Source of the DNA: an uncultured Acidobacteriota bacterium
Lineage (GTDB): Bacteria > Acidobacteriota > Terriglobia > UBA7540
Length of the DNA: 64,000 bases
Assembly: GCA_963804995.1 (NCBI GenBank)
Contig: CAWDSK010000002.1
Location: 480,001 to 544,000, forward strand
Direction of reading: 5' to 3'
Below the pieces are notes generated by a model. It made no database searches. It was given only the letters and a program-made list of their open reading frames with translations, and had not been told where the DNA came from. This document shows, piece after piece, positions 1 to 9,502 of the stretch (positions within the stretch are counted from its first letter, which is position 1; each line of letters starts with the position of its first letter). The translations under genes and the position numbers were made by a program.

Positions 1-489
1 GACGGGCGCTTCCGCTACGTGGGTTTCAGTCCGAATCCGCTTGGCGGTGTTGAAGACACGATGGAACACCGGGTCGAGGGCGTTGCCGCAGGTCTCAGCT
101 TGCTTGGCCAGGAAATACGCTTGTTTGACTTGACCCAGAACTTGCGGCTCACCCACTACCATTGAATCCAGGCCCGAGGCCACACGGAAAAGGTGCCGGA
201 GAGCCTCCTCATCGCGATGCACGTAGAAGCAGTGGGCAAACTCGTCCAACCGAATGCCGTAGAACACTTCGGCAAACCGCCGGAACCCCGCCATGCCGTC
301 CTGCTTCTCAAAGGCGCTGAGCACAAATTCCACACGGTTGCACGTTGAGATGATCACCGCTTCTTCGATTTCAGGCTCAGCCTGTAGCCGACGCAGCACT
401 TCCGGGATCTGCCGCTCATTCAGCGCGAAACGCTCGCGGATTTCGAGGGGTGATGTCTTGTGGCTGATTCCCACGACGGTTAGGTTCAT
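1..489 (-). CDS. hemA: glutamyl-tRNA reductase, N-terminal part (runs off the left edge; absent from the ORF track)
   Basis: Manual translation from ATG 489: MNLTVVGISHKTSPLEIRERFA...IISTCNRVEF...RHLFRVASGLDSMVVGEPQVLGQVKQAY; contains the STCNR catalytic motif and GLDS-GExQILGQVK-type signature. Confidence 0.95.
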   Translation of the reverse strand, partial: MNLTVVGISHKTSPLEIRERFALNERQIPEVLRRLQAEPEIEEAVIISTCNRVEFVLSAFEKQDGMAGFRRFAEVFYGIRLDEFAHCFYVHRDEEALRHLFRVASGLDSMVVGEPQVLGQVKQAYFLAKQAETCGNALDPVFHRVFNTAKRIRTETHVAEAPV

Positions 490-942
490 GAATGCGTTTC
501 CAGAAGTTCGAATATTGGGTGACGGATGTCACATACCGCCTTCCCTATTGTCACCCGAAGAGAGATGAGGCAAGCACGATGCCATGTTGTCTTCAAGCCA
601 GTGAGTAGAAATTCCACAACTCGTATGGTGCAATTAGGCTTTGGGTTCAAGAAGATGACGGCGGGGGGAAGTCAGTGCCATAAAGTCGCCTGTAAGGAAA
701 CTCCACACTTTGATGAGTCATTTCCCGCAAAAGTGTCAGAGATTTCGCGCAAATGGTTTCCTTGCAATCAGCTAGGTCGCTCAGGAGAACCCCTAAGTTT
801 TTGTATGTCCTACCTGTACAGAAATTTAACAGCGACTCCCTGCTGGTATTCAGAGTGCATCCGAAATGTCAGGCAGGTGAATCTGATGCCACATGTCCGT
901 TTGTGAACACCTGCCCACATTATGTCAAGGAGATTTTCATCG

Positions 943-1155
943 ATGAGACTCATTCAGACATTCTTGCTGGTAGCCCTTGCGGTTGTGGTCATGGTCCCTT
1001 TCAGTTCAGGCAAAGCTGAATACGCCAAGAAGGAAGGAAGGGCCTGCACCTTCTGCCATCCTGCCGGAAAGTTCAAGGAACTTACCGACGCGGGGCAATA
1101 CTATAAGGATCACAACCACTCGCTGGAAGGATACAAGGCTCCCGCCGCCAATTAA
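943..1155 (+). CDS. very small secreted monoheme c-type cytochrome
   Basis: AGGAG RBS, signal peptide, single CTFCH motif; paralog of 3016-3228. Confidence 0.8.
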   Translation: MRLIQTFLLVALAVVVMVPFSSGKAEYAKKEGRACTFCHPAGKFKELTDAGQYYKDHNHSLEGYKAPAAN

Positions 1156-1441
1156 CCCTATAAAGGGGTTGTAAAGGGAGAGGCTCAGCTAGAAGAACGT
1201 TTCGCTTGGTCATCCGGCTGAGTAGAATGTGAACGTCAATCTGGTGGATTATCCCGCCCGGGCGTCGCATTCAGAAGCAGTTGTCGCTACAGGTTTTTCA
1301 GCACACTAGCCAAGTCTAAGTCATAATAGCTGGCCGTTGAGGCGGTTGGCTGCCCAGCCGGCTGTTTCGGTCAGGTTAGGGGCGGGGCGCACAAAGAGCG
1401 CCCCGCGCTCGTAGCAAGTTGGGAAAGAAGGGACCCAGGTT

Positions 1442-2932
1442 TTGCCGGAATCCGCCAACGCCAATGCAGGTAATCCTCGGGCAGCTTGGACGAAGCTGCG
1501 CGAAGATTTTGTCCACTTCATTCGTCCTGCCGTCTATCTCAGTCAGAATCTGATCAGCCGCACCGGTGTGGTTTTGGCCACGACGAGCGGCATCACTCTG
1601 GTCTTTTCGTTTGCCTCACTCATCTTCGGTTTTCAACCCAACCCTTACGCGGGGATTGTGGTCTTCATGATTCTGCCCGCGATTTTTGCCTTGGGGCTGG
1701 TGTTAATTCCCATTGGCATCTACCGTGATCTTCGCAAGCACCGGCGGCTGGGCACTCTTCCAGTGGCCTACCCCACCGTTGATTTATCCCACTCCGGAGT
1801 GCGAAGGACGGCACTATTTGTCGCGATCATGACGGCCATCAACGTCCCCATTTTCGCGATTGCCACTTATAGCGGGACAGAATTTATGGAGTCCACCCAG
1901 TTCTGCGGCCAGACCTGCCACTCGGTGATGGACCCGGAATACACGGCCTACCAGCGCTCTCCGCATGCGCGTGTGGCTTGCGTTGAGTGCCACATTGGAC
2001 CAGGGGCGCCATGGTTTGTGCGCTCCAAGATTTCCGGCAGCTACCAGGTTGTGGCCGTAACCTTCAAGCTCTATCCCCGTCCCATTCCCACACCCATACA
2101 TAACTTGCGCCCGGCCCGCGAAACCTGCGAGCAGTGCCACTGGCCCGAGCGGTTCTCCGGCGACAAGCTGGTCATCAAATCGAAGTATGCGGACGACGAA
2201 AAGAATTCCTCAACCAAAACCGTCCTGTTGGTGCATATCGGCGGGCGCAACCCCGACCGCAAGCTCGTGGGGATTCATGGACGCCATCTGGGCCTCGTGT
2301 CATACCTCGCGGGAGACCCCAAGCGGCAGGAGATTCCCTGGGTGAGCTATCGCCACGAGGACGGAACGGTGACGGACTACGCCTCGACGGAGACTCCGCC
2401 GAAGGCGGACTTAGTGGCGCGCGGTGAGCGACACACGATGGATTGCATGGACTGCCACAATCGTCCGACCCACACCTTCGACATGCCGGAAAACGCCGTG
2501 AACCGTGAAATAGCTGCCGGCCGAATCAGCGCCTCTCTGCCCTTCATCCACAAAGTGGCGATTGATCTTTTGAAGACAAACTATTCCAGCCGAATGGCAG
2601 CGCAGTCGGCGATACCGGAAGCTTTACGCGAATACTACCGGAAGAATTATTTCGCTCTTTACAATTCCCAGCGCGCCCAGATCGAAGAGGCCGCGAAGGC
2701 GATTCTGTACATTTACGAGGGTAACATTTTCCCGGAGATGAACATCACCTGGGGAAGCTATCCCAACAATCTCGGGCACAACGATTTTCCGGGTTGCTTC
2801 CGTTGCCATGACGGCAATCACAAATCGAAAAGCGGGGGTGAGATCACGCAGGATTGCAATGCCTGCCACTCCCTGCTGGCCATGGACGAACCCGACCCCA
2901 AGATTCTGCACGAGCTGGCGGGAGGGAACTAG
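1442..2932 (+). CDS. NapC/NirT-family membrane multiheme cytochrome c (ImcH-like quinol dehydrogenase)
   Basis: Three N-terminal TM helices; FCGQTCH (CX3CH) and SPHARVACVECH NapC-type motifs, plus CEQCH, CMDCH, CFRCH, CNACH; start codon uncertain. Confidence 0.85.
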   Translation: MPESANANAGNPRAAWTKLREDFVHFIRPAVYLSQNLISRTGVVLATTSGITLVFSFASLIFGFQPNPYAGIVVFMILPAIFALGLVLIPIGIYRDLRKHRRLGTLPVAYPTVDLSHSGVRRTALFVAIMTAINVPIFAIATYSGTEFMESTQFCGQTCHSVMDPEYTAYQRSPHARVACVECHIGPGAPWFVRSKISGSYQVVAVTFKLYPRPIPTPIHNLRPARETCEQCHWPERFSGDKLVIKSKYADDEKNSSTKTVLLVHIGGRNPDRKLVGIHGRHLGLVSYLAGDPKRQEIPWVSYRHEDGTVTDYASTETPPKADLVARGERHTMDCMDCHNRPTHTFDMPENAVNREIAAGRISASLPFIHKVAIDLLKTNYSSRMAAQSAIPEALREYYRKNYFALYNSQRAQIEEAAKAILYIYEGNIFPEMNITWGSYPNNLGHNDFPGCFRCHDGNHKSKSGGEITQDCNACHSLLAMDEPDPKILHELAGGN

Positions 2933-3015
2933 GGGTTGGGCGTAAGCTTGCTCAGCGTAATTTGTTGTCTTTTTAAGCTATAAGCGATATAAAATTCACC
3001 CCCCAGGAGGAATCC

Positions 3016-3228
3016 ATGAGGTTGCTGAAGGTTCTAGTTGCTGTTGCCATCCTAAGCGGGTCACTGCTGACCCTTGCTACTGCGAAGCCCGAGTATGCCA
3101 AGAAGGAAGGCAAAGGCTGCAAGTATTGCCATGTCACCCCGGGCAAGCCTGACCTGAACGACACCGGAAAGTGCTACAAGGCCAACGACCATTCGTTGGA
3201 AAAATGCACGGCCCCGGCGGGCAGTTAA
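3016..3228 (+). CDS. very small secreted monoheme c-type cytochrome
   Basis: AGGAGG RBS, signal peptide, CKYCH; shares EYAKKEG-CxxCH-L.D.G..YK...HSLE with 943-1155. Confidence 0.8.
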   Translation: MRLLKVLVAVAILSGSLLTLATAKPEYAKKEGKGCKYCHVTPGKPDLNDTGKCYKANDHSLEKCTAPAGS

Positions 3229-3386
3229 CCAGGAATTATCATCACGGAGGGGACGGAAGTGGCTCATGAGCCCACCCTTCCCGAGGCCCGACTACGAGGG
3301 ATAAAAGGCCCGACGTGCGTATCACCTCGCGTCTCAGGCGGTGTGTCGCCGGGCCTTTAGCGTAATTCTAAGGAGAGGGTGTGCCC

Positions 3387-3842
3387 ATGTCTGCTCCCGA
3401 GCAAAATCCAACCCCCCAGCCCGGCCGCCGATGGGTGAACTTTCTTCTGGGAGGCGGCTTGGCTGCTTCCGTGGTCTCTTTCCTCTACCCGGCGATTCGC
3501 TACATCATTCCTCCGCTGGTGGCAGAATCCACCAGCCGGTCGGTGGTGGCCGCCAAGGTCGCGGAGCTCAAAAACAACGCCGGTAAGATTTTCAAGTTCG
3601 GGTCCAAGCCCGCCCTCCTGGTGCGGACCACTGACGGCAACTATCGCGCCTACTCGGCAGTCTGCACGCACTTGAACTGCACAGTTCAATACCGTGATGA
3701 CCTGCACCAAATCTGGTGCGCTTGTCATAATGGACTCTACGATCTGGAAGGACGGAATGTGAGCGGCCCTCCGCCTCGGCCTTTGGAGACGTTTGAAGTT
3801 CACGTCCAAGGTGAGGATGTGGTGGTCACCCGCAACTCTTAG
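3387..3842 (+). CDS. Rieske [2Fe-2S] subunit of a Rieske/cytochrome b complex
   Basis: CTHLNC and CACHNG cluster boxes, SGPPPRPL motif, N-terminal RR followed by a TM anchor. Confidence 0.92.
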   Translation: MSAPEQNPTPQPGRRWVNFLLGGGLAASVVSFLYPAIRYIIPPLVAESTSRSVVAAKVAELKNNAGKIFKFGSKPALLVRTTDGNYRAYSAVCTHLNCTVQYRDDLHQIWCACHNGLYDLEGRNVSGPPPRPLETFEVHVQGEDVVVTRNS

Positions 3843-3844
3843 CC

Positions 3845-4930
3845 ATGAGTACTCTCTTTCGCCGCACTCTTGACTGGCTGGACGAACGGTTCGGCGCCGG
3901 AAGTATTGAGGAGTTCCTCCGCCACAAGACCGTCCCTATTCACAAGCATACCGTGTGGTACTACTTCGGCGGCATGACGCTGTTCCTGTTCATCGTTCAG
4001 GTGCTCACAGGAATCCTGCTGCTGCTTTATTACCGCCCTACTCCCAACGACGCCTTCGAGAGTGTTCAGTACATGATGACGCAGGTGCGCTTCGGCTGGC
4101 TGATTCGCTCCGTGCACAGTTGGTCGGCGAACCTGATGATCCTCGCGGCCTTCATCCACATGTTCAGCGTCTATTTCACCAAGGCCTATCGCAAGCCGCG
4201 CGAACTGACCTGGGTCAGCGGCATGCTGCTGCTTTTCATCGTCATGGGGTTCGGATTCTCGGGGTACCTGCTTCCCTGGAACACTCTGGCTTTCTTCGCG
4301 ACCAAAGTGGGGACGGAGATGGCTGGCTCGATTCCCATCGTGGGAAAGTGGTTCCTGATTTTTCTGCGCGGTGGTGAGGAAGTGACGGGCGCGACGCTGA
4401 CTCGTTTCTTCGGGTTCCACGTGGCGGTTCTTCCCGGACTGGCTACGACGCTTCTGGCCATCCATCTGCTATTGGTGCAGAGGTTGGGAATGAGCTCGCC
4501 GCCGAGCGTTGAGCGGGCCGCGGCTGAGGGGGGACCGCCACTTCGCTCCATGCCCTTCTTCCCCAACTTTCTCCTGCGCGACGCGATTGGCTGGTACGCG
4601 GCGCTGGGGGTTTTGGGCGCGCTCGCTGCCATCTTCCCTTGGGAGCTGGGAACCAAAGCCGATCCTTTCGCGGCGGCTCCAGCAGGCATCCGGCCCGAGT
4701 GGTATTTTCTATTCGTGTTTCAGACGTTGAAGTACATCCCCGCGAAGGTCTTCTTCATTGACGGCGAATTGCTGGGCATCTTCGGATTCTCCGCCGCCGC
4801 CCTGGTTTGGGTGGCTGTTCCATTCCTCGACAGGCATGTGGGCTTCGGGCGAGTCACGCGGTTCTTTACGGGCCTGGGGATCTTCGCGCTCGGGTACATG
4901 GCCGTTTTCTCATGGCTGGCTTTGCGGTAG
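3845..4930 (+). CDS. cytochrome b (b6-like N-terminus plus subunit-IV-like C-terminus in one chain)
   Basis: [34 protein letters not shown] heme-ligand helices, IRPEWYF Qo motif. Confidence 0.95.
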   Translation: MSTLFRRTLDWLDERFGAGSIEEFLRHKTVPIHKHTVWYYFGGMTLFLFIVQVLTGILLLLYYRPTPNDAFESVQYMMTQVRFGWLIRSVHSWSANLMILAAFIHMFSVYFTKAYRKPRELTWVSGMLLLFIVMGFGFSGYLLPWNTLAFFATKVGTEMAGSIPIVGKWFLIFLRGGEEVTGATLTRFFGFHVAVLPGLATTLLAIHLLLVQRLGMSSPPSVERAAAEGGPPLRSMPFFPNFLLRDAIGWYAALGVLGALAAIFPWELGTKADPFAAAPAGIRPEWYFLFVFQTLKYIPAKVFFIDGELLGIFGFSAAALVWVAVPFLDRHVGFGRVTRFFTGLGIFALGYMAVFSWLALR

Positions 4931-4959
4931 TCACTTGAGTCATGTGTCAGTTTGATGCG

Positions 4960-5024
4960 GTAGCGGCGAGTTTACCTCGCCAAATGGCGGCGTACCGATA
5001 TGGGCGGGACAGGTTCCGCCGCCC
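4960..5024 (+). repeat. GTAG-type REP-like palindrome (family GTAGCGGCGAGTTTACCTCGCCAAA)
   Basis: Related copies at 14380-14411, 19783-19852 (inverted) and 47151-47192. Confidence 0.8.
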
Positions 5025-5090
5025 CTCCAGCAAGGCCTGACGTTGGGTAAGGTGTGGCGGTGAAGATTCTGACCGCCACCCGGGATCGCT

Positions 5091-6338
5091 ATGAAAACTG
5101 CGGTTACAACACTCCTGATGTTGATCACCGCCTGGGCTTCCACCGCCGCGGCGGCCCCGGGCAAGAACTCCTGTATGGATTGTCATTCGTTGCTGGAAGA
5201 CGACCGGCTCGTGAAACCGGCCAAGCTCTTCGACGTTGACGTTCATCATCAGGCCGGATTGACCTGCGTCGACTGCCACGGTGGCGACCCCAACGATGAT
5301 ACTCCCAACGCCATGAGCCCTGCGAAAGGGTTCCGGGGAGTTCCCAAGCGAGCCCTCATTCCGGACTTCTGCGCCCATTGCCATTCCGACATCGCTTACA
5401 TGCACCGCTTCAATCCCAAAATGCGCGCTGACGAGTTGAGCCAGTACCTGACCAGTGTGCACGGCAAACGGCTGAAGCAGGGCGACTCGAAAGCGGCCAC
5501 TTGTGTGGATTGCCACGGCATTCACAACATTCTGGCCGTTTCCGATTCACGGGCGCCCGTCTATCCGACGAACGTGGCTACCACGTGCGGCCGCTGCCAC
5601 TCCGACGCCGCCTACATGAAGGACTACAAGATTCCCACTGACCAGGTGGCGCACTACCGGAAAAGTGTGCACGCCCAGACGCTCGCCCAGGGTGACACCT
5701 CCGCGCCCACTTGCACCACGTGCCACGGCAACCACGGCGCCACTCCGCCCGGCGTCGCTTCGGTCGCCAACGTTTGCGGAACCTGCCACGTCTTCTTCGC
5801 CCAGCTTTTCGAAAAGAGCCCCCACCAGGCCGCCTTCGCTAAAATGGGATTGCCGGGCTGCGTGCAGTGCCACTCGAACCACGAGATCGTGAAGCCCTCC
5901 GATGATTGGGTCGGGATGGGCGGCAATGCCGTCTGCGCCACCTGCCACGCCGCCGGCGATCCGGGCGCCCAGAGCGCCAAAGCCATGGCCCAGGACCTGG
6001 CGCGACTGAACCTGGCCATTGCGCGCGCTGAAACCGTTCTTGACACGGCGGAGCGCGCCGGCATGGAAGTCTCAAACCCCAAGCTCGAACTCGCAAGCGC
6101 GCACGAAGCTCTAATCAAAGCGCGTGTCAACGTGCACACCTTCCGCGATGCGGAAGTTGAGAAGGTCGCAAAGCCCGGTCTTGAAATCGCCACCCACGCG
6201 GACCAGGCAGGCGTCGCAGCCCTTGCGGAATTGAACTTCCGCCGCAAAGGCCTGGGAATCTCCCTCATCACCATCCTCGTGGCCATCGCCGGCCTGTATC
6301 TGAAAATCCGCCAAATGGAATCCCGCCCACAGAAGTAA
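5091..6338 (+). CDS. nonaheme cytochrome c with C-terminal membrane anchor
   Basis: Signal peptide; 9 CxxCH motifs (CMDCH, CVDCH, CAHCH, CVDCH, CGRCH, CTTCH, CGTCH, CVQCH, CATCH); helical stalk and C-terminal TM helix. Confidence 0.9.
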   Translation: MKTAVTTLLMLITAWASTAAAAPGKNSCMDCHSLLEDDRLVKPAKLFDVDVHHQAGLTCVDCHGGDPNDDTPNAMSPAKGFRGVPKRALIPDFCAHCHSDIAYMHRFNPKMRADELSQYLTSVHGKRLKQGDSKAATCVDCHGIHNILAVSDSRAPVYPTNVATTCGRCHSDAAYMKDYKIPTDQVAHYRKSVHAQTLAQGDTSAPTCTTCHGNHGATPPGVASVANVCGTCHVFFAQLFEKSPHQAAFAKMGLPGCVQCHSNHEIVKPSDDWVGMGGNAVCATCHAAGDPGAQSAKAMAQDLARLNLAIARAETVLDTAERAGMEVSNPKLELASAHEALIKARVNVHTFRDAEVEKVAKPGLEIATHADQAGVAALAELNFRRKGLGISLITILVAIAGLYLKIRQMESRPQK

Positions 6339-6418
6339 GCCAGGGTTTCGCGACTTCGTGGCGACCCCGTTTGCCGTGGTAGAATGGCCCCGCCTCGTTC
6401 GATCCCCGCTTTTGGGAG

Positions 6419-8770
6419 GTGCCGATGCAGCCCCGACTATTCCCGCTCCTCCTCGTCCTACCCCTGATTCTGACGCTGCCCCTGCGGGCGCAGCAGAAGA
6501 TCGTAGTGCCGACCTTGAGGTCGGCACAGAAACGTGCCACGGGCATCCTGCCCGTGAAGGGGCATGGCCAGGACCCCGATGGATTGGGGCAGGTCGGCCA
6601 TGGCACGTCGATGAGTGCTGACCCTTCGGCGAGCTCAGGGCAGGCTCTAAAGGTCAGCGTTACAACAGCAATCTCCAGCACGGCAAAGCCCTTTACGCGG
6701 GAGCAGGTCGAAGGCCTGGTGCGGGACGGGTTGGGCGATGATTCGGGCGCCAAGCTGATCGAGCAGCGCGGGATTGATTTCGCCCCGTCCGAGGACTTTA
6801 TTCGAACCCTCAAGGCCGCAGGCGCGAGTGAGGCGTTTCTCAAGGCGCTGCGCGCCGCCAAGCCGCCCGAGCCCGCGAGCGCGAAGAAGCCGCTGAACCA
6901 GGTGCAGGTTTTCGCCCTGCTGGTGGGCCAAGTGCCCAGCCACCGAGTCACCATGCTGGTCCAGGAACGCGGAATCGATTTTGAGCCCACGGATGACTAC
7001 CTTCAGGAAGTCCGCTTGGCTGGCGGCGAAGACGAACTGATCAGCGCGCTGAAGATTGCCAATGTAACGAAGCCCGCGCGCGTTGACCCGGCGGTCCAGG
7101 CTCGGCAGGCCGAAGTGCAGCACCACGCGGCGCACGGAGCGGAACTCGCCAAGAAAGGGCAGTACGCGGAGGCTGAACTGGAATATCGCGCGGCATTGCT
7201 GCTTGATTCTCAAAATGCGGACCTTTACGAAAGCTTGGCCTATGTCTTGAGTCAGCAAAAAAAGTGGGACGATACCGCGTCCGCTGAACGCGAGGCGCTG
7301 CGCCTGAACCCCAATTATGACTTGGCGCACCTCGGCCTCGGTATCGCGCTCGGACAAAAGGGCGACTGGGATAGCGCGATTGCGGAATTTCGCGAGGCCC
7401 TTCGCTTGAACCCGAATCTTGCAGACGCGCACGTCAGCCTTGGCGTCGCGCTCGGAAACAAGGGCGACTGGGATGGGGAGATCACCGAAGAGCGTGAAGC
7501 ATTGCGCTTGAACCCCAAGACTGACATGGCGCACTACGACCTCGGCTTCGCACTTGGGCAGAAGGGCGATTGGGACGGCGAGATCGCAGAAGAGCGTGAG
7601 GCACTCCACTTGAACCCCAGTAATGACATGGCGCACAACAGCCTCGGCTTTGCACTTCGGCAGAAGGGCGACTGGGACGGGGCGGTCGCGGAAGAGCGTG
7701 AAGCATTGCGCTTGAACCCCGATAATGACATGGCGCACGTCAACCTCGGCGATACGCTCAGAGAGAAGGGCGATTGGGATGGGGCGGTCGCGGCGGAACG
7801 CGAGGCGCTGCGCTTGAATCCCAATAATGAAGCGGCGCACGTCGGCTTGGGCAACGTGTTTATTAGCAAGGGCAACCCTGGCGGCGCGATTTCTGAGTAC
7901 CGCGAGGCGCTGCGCTTAGACCCCAGCGATGATGCTGCGCACGTCGGCCTGGGCAGCGCATTCTATAATGAGCGTGACTGGGATGGCGCGACCGTGGAGT
8001 ACCGCGAGGCGCTGCGCCTGAACCCCAACTATGACTTGGCGCACCTCGGCCTCGGCCTCGCGCTGGAGCAGAAGGGCGACTGGGATGGGGCGATGGCTGA
8101 ATTCCGCGAGGCGCTGCGCCTGAACCACAATAATGATATGGCGCACGTCAACCTCGGGATCGCGCTCGGAAGCAAGCGCGACCGGGACGGCGCGATCGCG
8201 GAGTTTCGCGAAGCAATACGACTCCAGCCTGTAAACGCAGAGGCACACTACAACTTGGCGGAGGTGCTTGTCCATTTGCCGGACCCAATCTCAGGCAGGT
8301 GGTTGGAGGATGATCCTGGTGCAGCGGCGGAATACCGAGCGGCCCTGAGAATCAAGCCGGACTACCCCGAAGCACACTTAGGTCTCGGGAAGAATCTGTA
8401 CGCCAAAACTCTAAAGCTTGTGGCCGGCAGAAGCCTGGAAGCACTGCGGAACCCGAACCTGGATTGGCCTGTCCAGAGAGAGATAATTAGAGCCAACTAC
8501 TTTCCGTGTCAGGCGAAAGGATCGAGCAGACAGGTAGCGGCGCTTCTGAACAGTGGCTCTGCGGGAGAGGCGGTTGCAGAACTGCGCAATGCAGTAAACC
8601 TGAAGCCTGACTGGGCCGAGGCGCACTACTGGCTCGCCTGCGCGCTTGAATTAGGTGGGGAGTGTGATGCCGCTGTTGCGGAGTACAGTCTTGCGTGCTC
8701 GCTTGAGCCGCAGAATGCGACGTACCGAAGCCACTGCGAAAACGGGGGCAGCAAAAAGAAAAAAAGGTGA
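6419..8770 (+). CDS. secreted tetratricopeptide-repeat protein with duplicated N-terminal RGIDF module
   Basis: Signal peptide; more than 10 tandem 34-aa TPRs (AHxxLGxAL..KGDWDGA.AE.REALRLNP); start may be ATG 6425. Confidence 0.9.
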   Translation: MPMQPRLFPLLLVLPLILTLPLRAQQKIVVPTLRSAQKRATGILPVKGHGQDPDGLGQVGHGTSMSADPSASSGQALKVSVTTAISSTAKPFTREQVEGLVRDGLGDDSGAKLIEQRGIDFAPSEDFIRTLKAAGASEAFLKALRAAKPPEPASAKKPLNQVQVFALLVGQVPSHRVTMLVQERGIDFEPTDDYLQEVRLAGGEDELISALKIANVTKPARVDPAVQARQAEVQHHAAHGAELAKKGQYAEAELEYRAALLLDSQNADLYESLAYVLSQQKKWDDTASAEREALRLNPNYDLAHLGLGIALGQKGDWDSAIAEFREALRLNPNLADAHVSLGVALGNKGDWDGEITEEREALRLNPKTDMAHYDLGFALGQKGDWDGEIAEEREALHLNPSNDMAHNSLGFALRQKGDWDGAVAEEREALRLNPDNDMAHVNLGDTLREKGDWDGAVAAEREALRLNPNNEAAHVGLGNVFISKGNPGGAISEYREALRLDPSDDAAHVGLGSAFYNERDWDGATVEYREALRLNPNYDLAHLGLGLALEQKGDWDGAMAEFREALRLNHNNDMAHVNLGIALGSKRDRDGAIAEFREAIRLQPVNAEAHYNLAEVLVHLPDPISGRWLEDDPGAAAEYRAALRIKPDYPEAHLGLGKNLYAKTLKLVAGRSLEALRNPNLDWPVQREIIRANYFPCQAKGSSRQVAALLNSGSAGEAVAELRNAVNLKPDWAEAHYWLACALELGGECDAAVAEYSLACSLEPQNATYRSHCENGGSKKKKR
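6503..6664 (+). repeat. nested palindromic elements inserted in-frame in the TPR gene
   Basis: GTAGTGCCGACCTTGAGGTCGGCAC...AAAGGTCAGCGTTAC encloses a second palindrome pair that has an intergenic copy at 46420-46487. Confidence 0.8.
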
Positions 8771-9002
8771 CCAGAGTCCTCGCCGACGAGGAGCCCAACA
8801 AAGGAAAAAAAAGGCTGAACCCGGGCCCTTGTGCGGAAGTGCGGACCCCTGTGACCCCGGACAATTCCCCGCCGTTCTGCGTGGATGCGCGCCAGGTTAC
8901 CGCAGGCTGGCGCAGACGTTAAAAAGCGACCGTCTGCGCTAGCCGACCCCGCATCTGAGAGAAGAAGCCACAGGCTTAGAAAGCAGGTCTTGCCCCTGCT
9001 CG

Positions 9003-9362
9003 CTATCTGAGATGCTGGTAGGCGGATAGGAACCATCGGGTGTACAGCGCCACCGCGAAGAAGGCAAAGCTGAGAATCCTGTTCTTATGGGACAATCGCG
9101 CCACCGCGACTCGTAACCAACCCTGATGTTCTTCGTCGCCATGACGCTCGCCGATCAGATTCGGCGTGCTCAACATAAAGCTCCACCCGAATCCGAAAAA
9201 TACCAGACGAATCCCCAGCACGGTGTTATCCTGCCTATTCTTCACCACGTCGCTGAGAACCAAGAAGAGCCCCATAAGAATAGACAGGGTACGAACCTGA
9301 AACAGGTACCCCGACACACCTAGAACGGAATGAGCAAGCCCCGCCGTCGGATCGTCGTTCAT
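9003..9362 (-). CDS. hypothetical membrane protein
   Basis: GAGG RBS, three hydrophobic segments, no recognised family. Confidence 0.55.
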   Translation of the reverse strand: MNDDPTAGLAHSVLGVSGYLFQVRTLSILMGLFLVLSDVVKNRQDNTVLGIRLVFFGFGWSFMLSTPNLIGERHGDEEHQGWLRVAVARLSHKNRILSFAFFAVALYTRWFLSAYQHLR

Positions 9363-9431
9363 AGCCCATCCTCACCGACCCCGGCTGGCAGTCTAAATCA
9401 GCCTCGATAGTTCCGCATGGCTGCGTTACGC

Positions 9432-9502
9432 ACCTAACGCTGCGGCGCTCAGCCGCGCGCCCTCAAGGCCAGTGTCCCGGCGGCTCCATTCGCGTGTTAG
9501 CC
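9432..9502 (-). other. attC-like integron cassette recombination site (imperfect)
   Basis: Minus strand GGCTAAC (overlapping the TAA of the upstream ORF)...AGCCG/CGGCT...GTTAGGT, 71 bp. Confidence 0.5.

Noticed and set aside
490..942. FNR or Rex operators between hemA and the cytochrome operon
   Set aside because: Only half-site matches (TTGAT near 710, TTGTGAA at 901); no convincing full palindrome.
7150..8260. 102-nt tandem DNA repeats as a non-coding array or DGR
   Set aside because: Fully explained by in-frame 34-aa TPR units.
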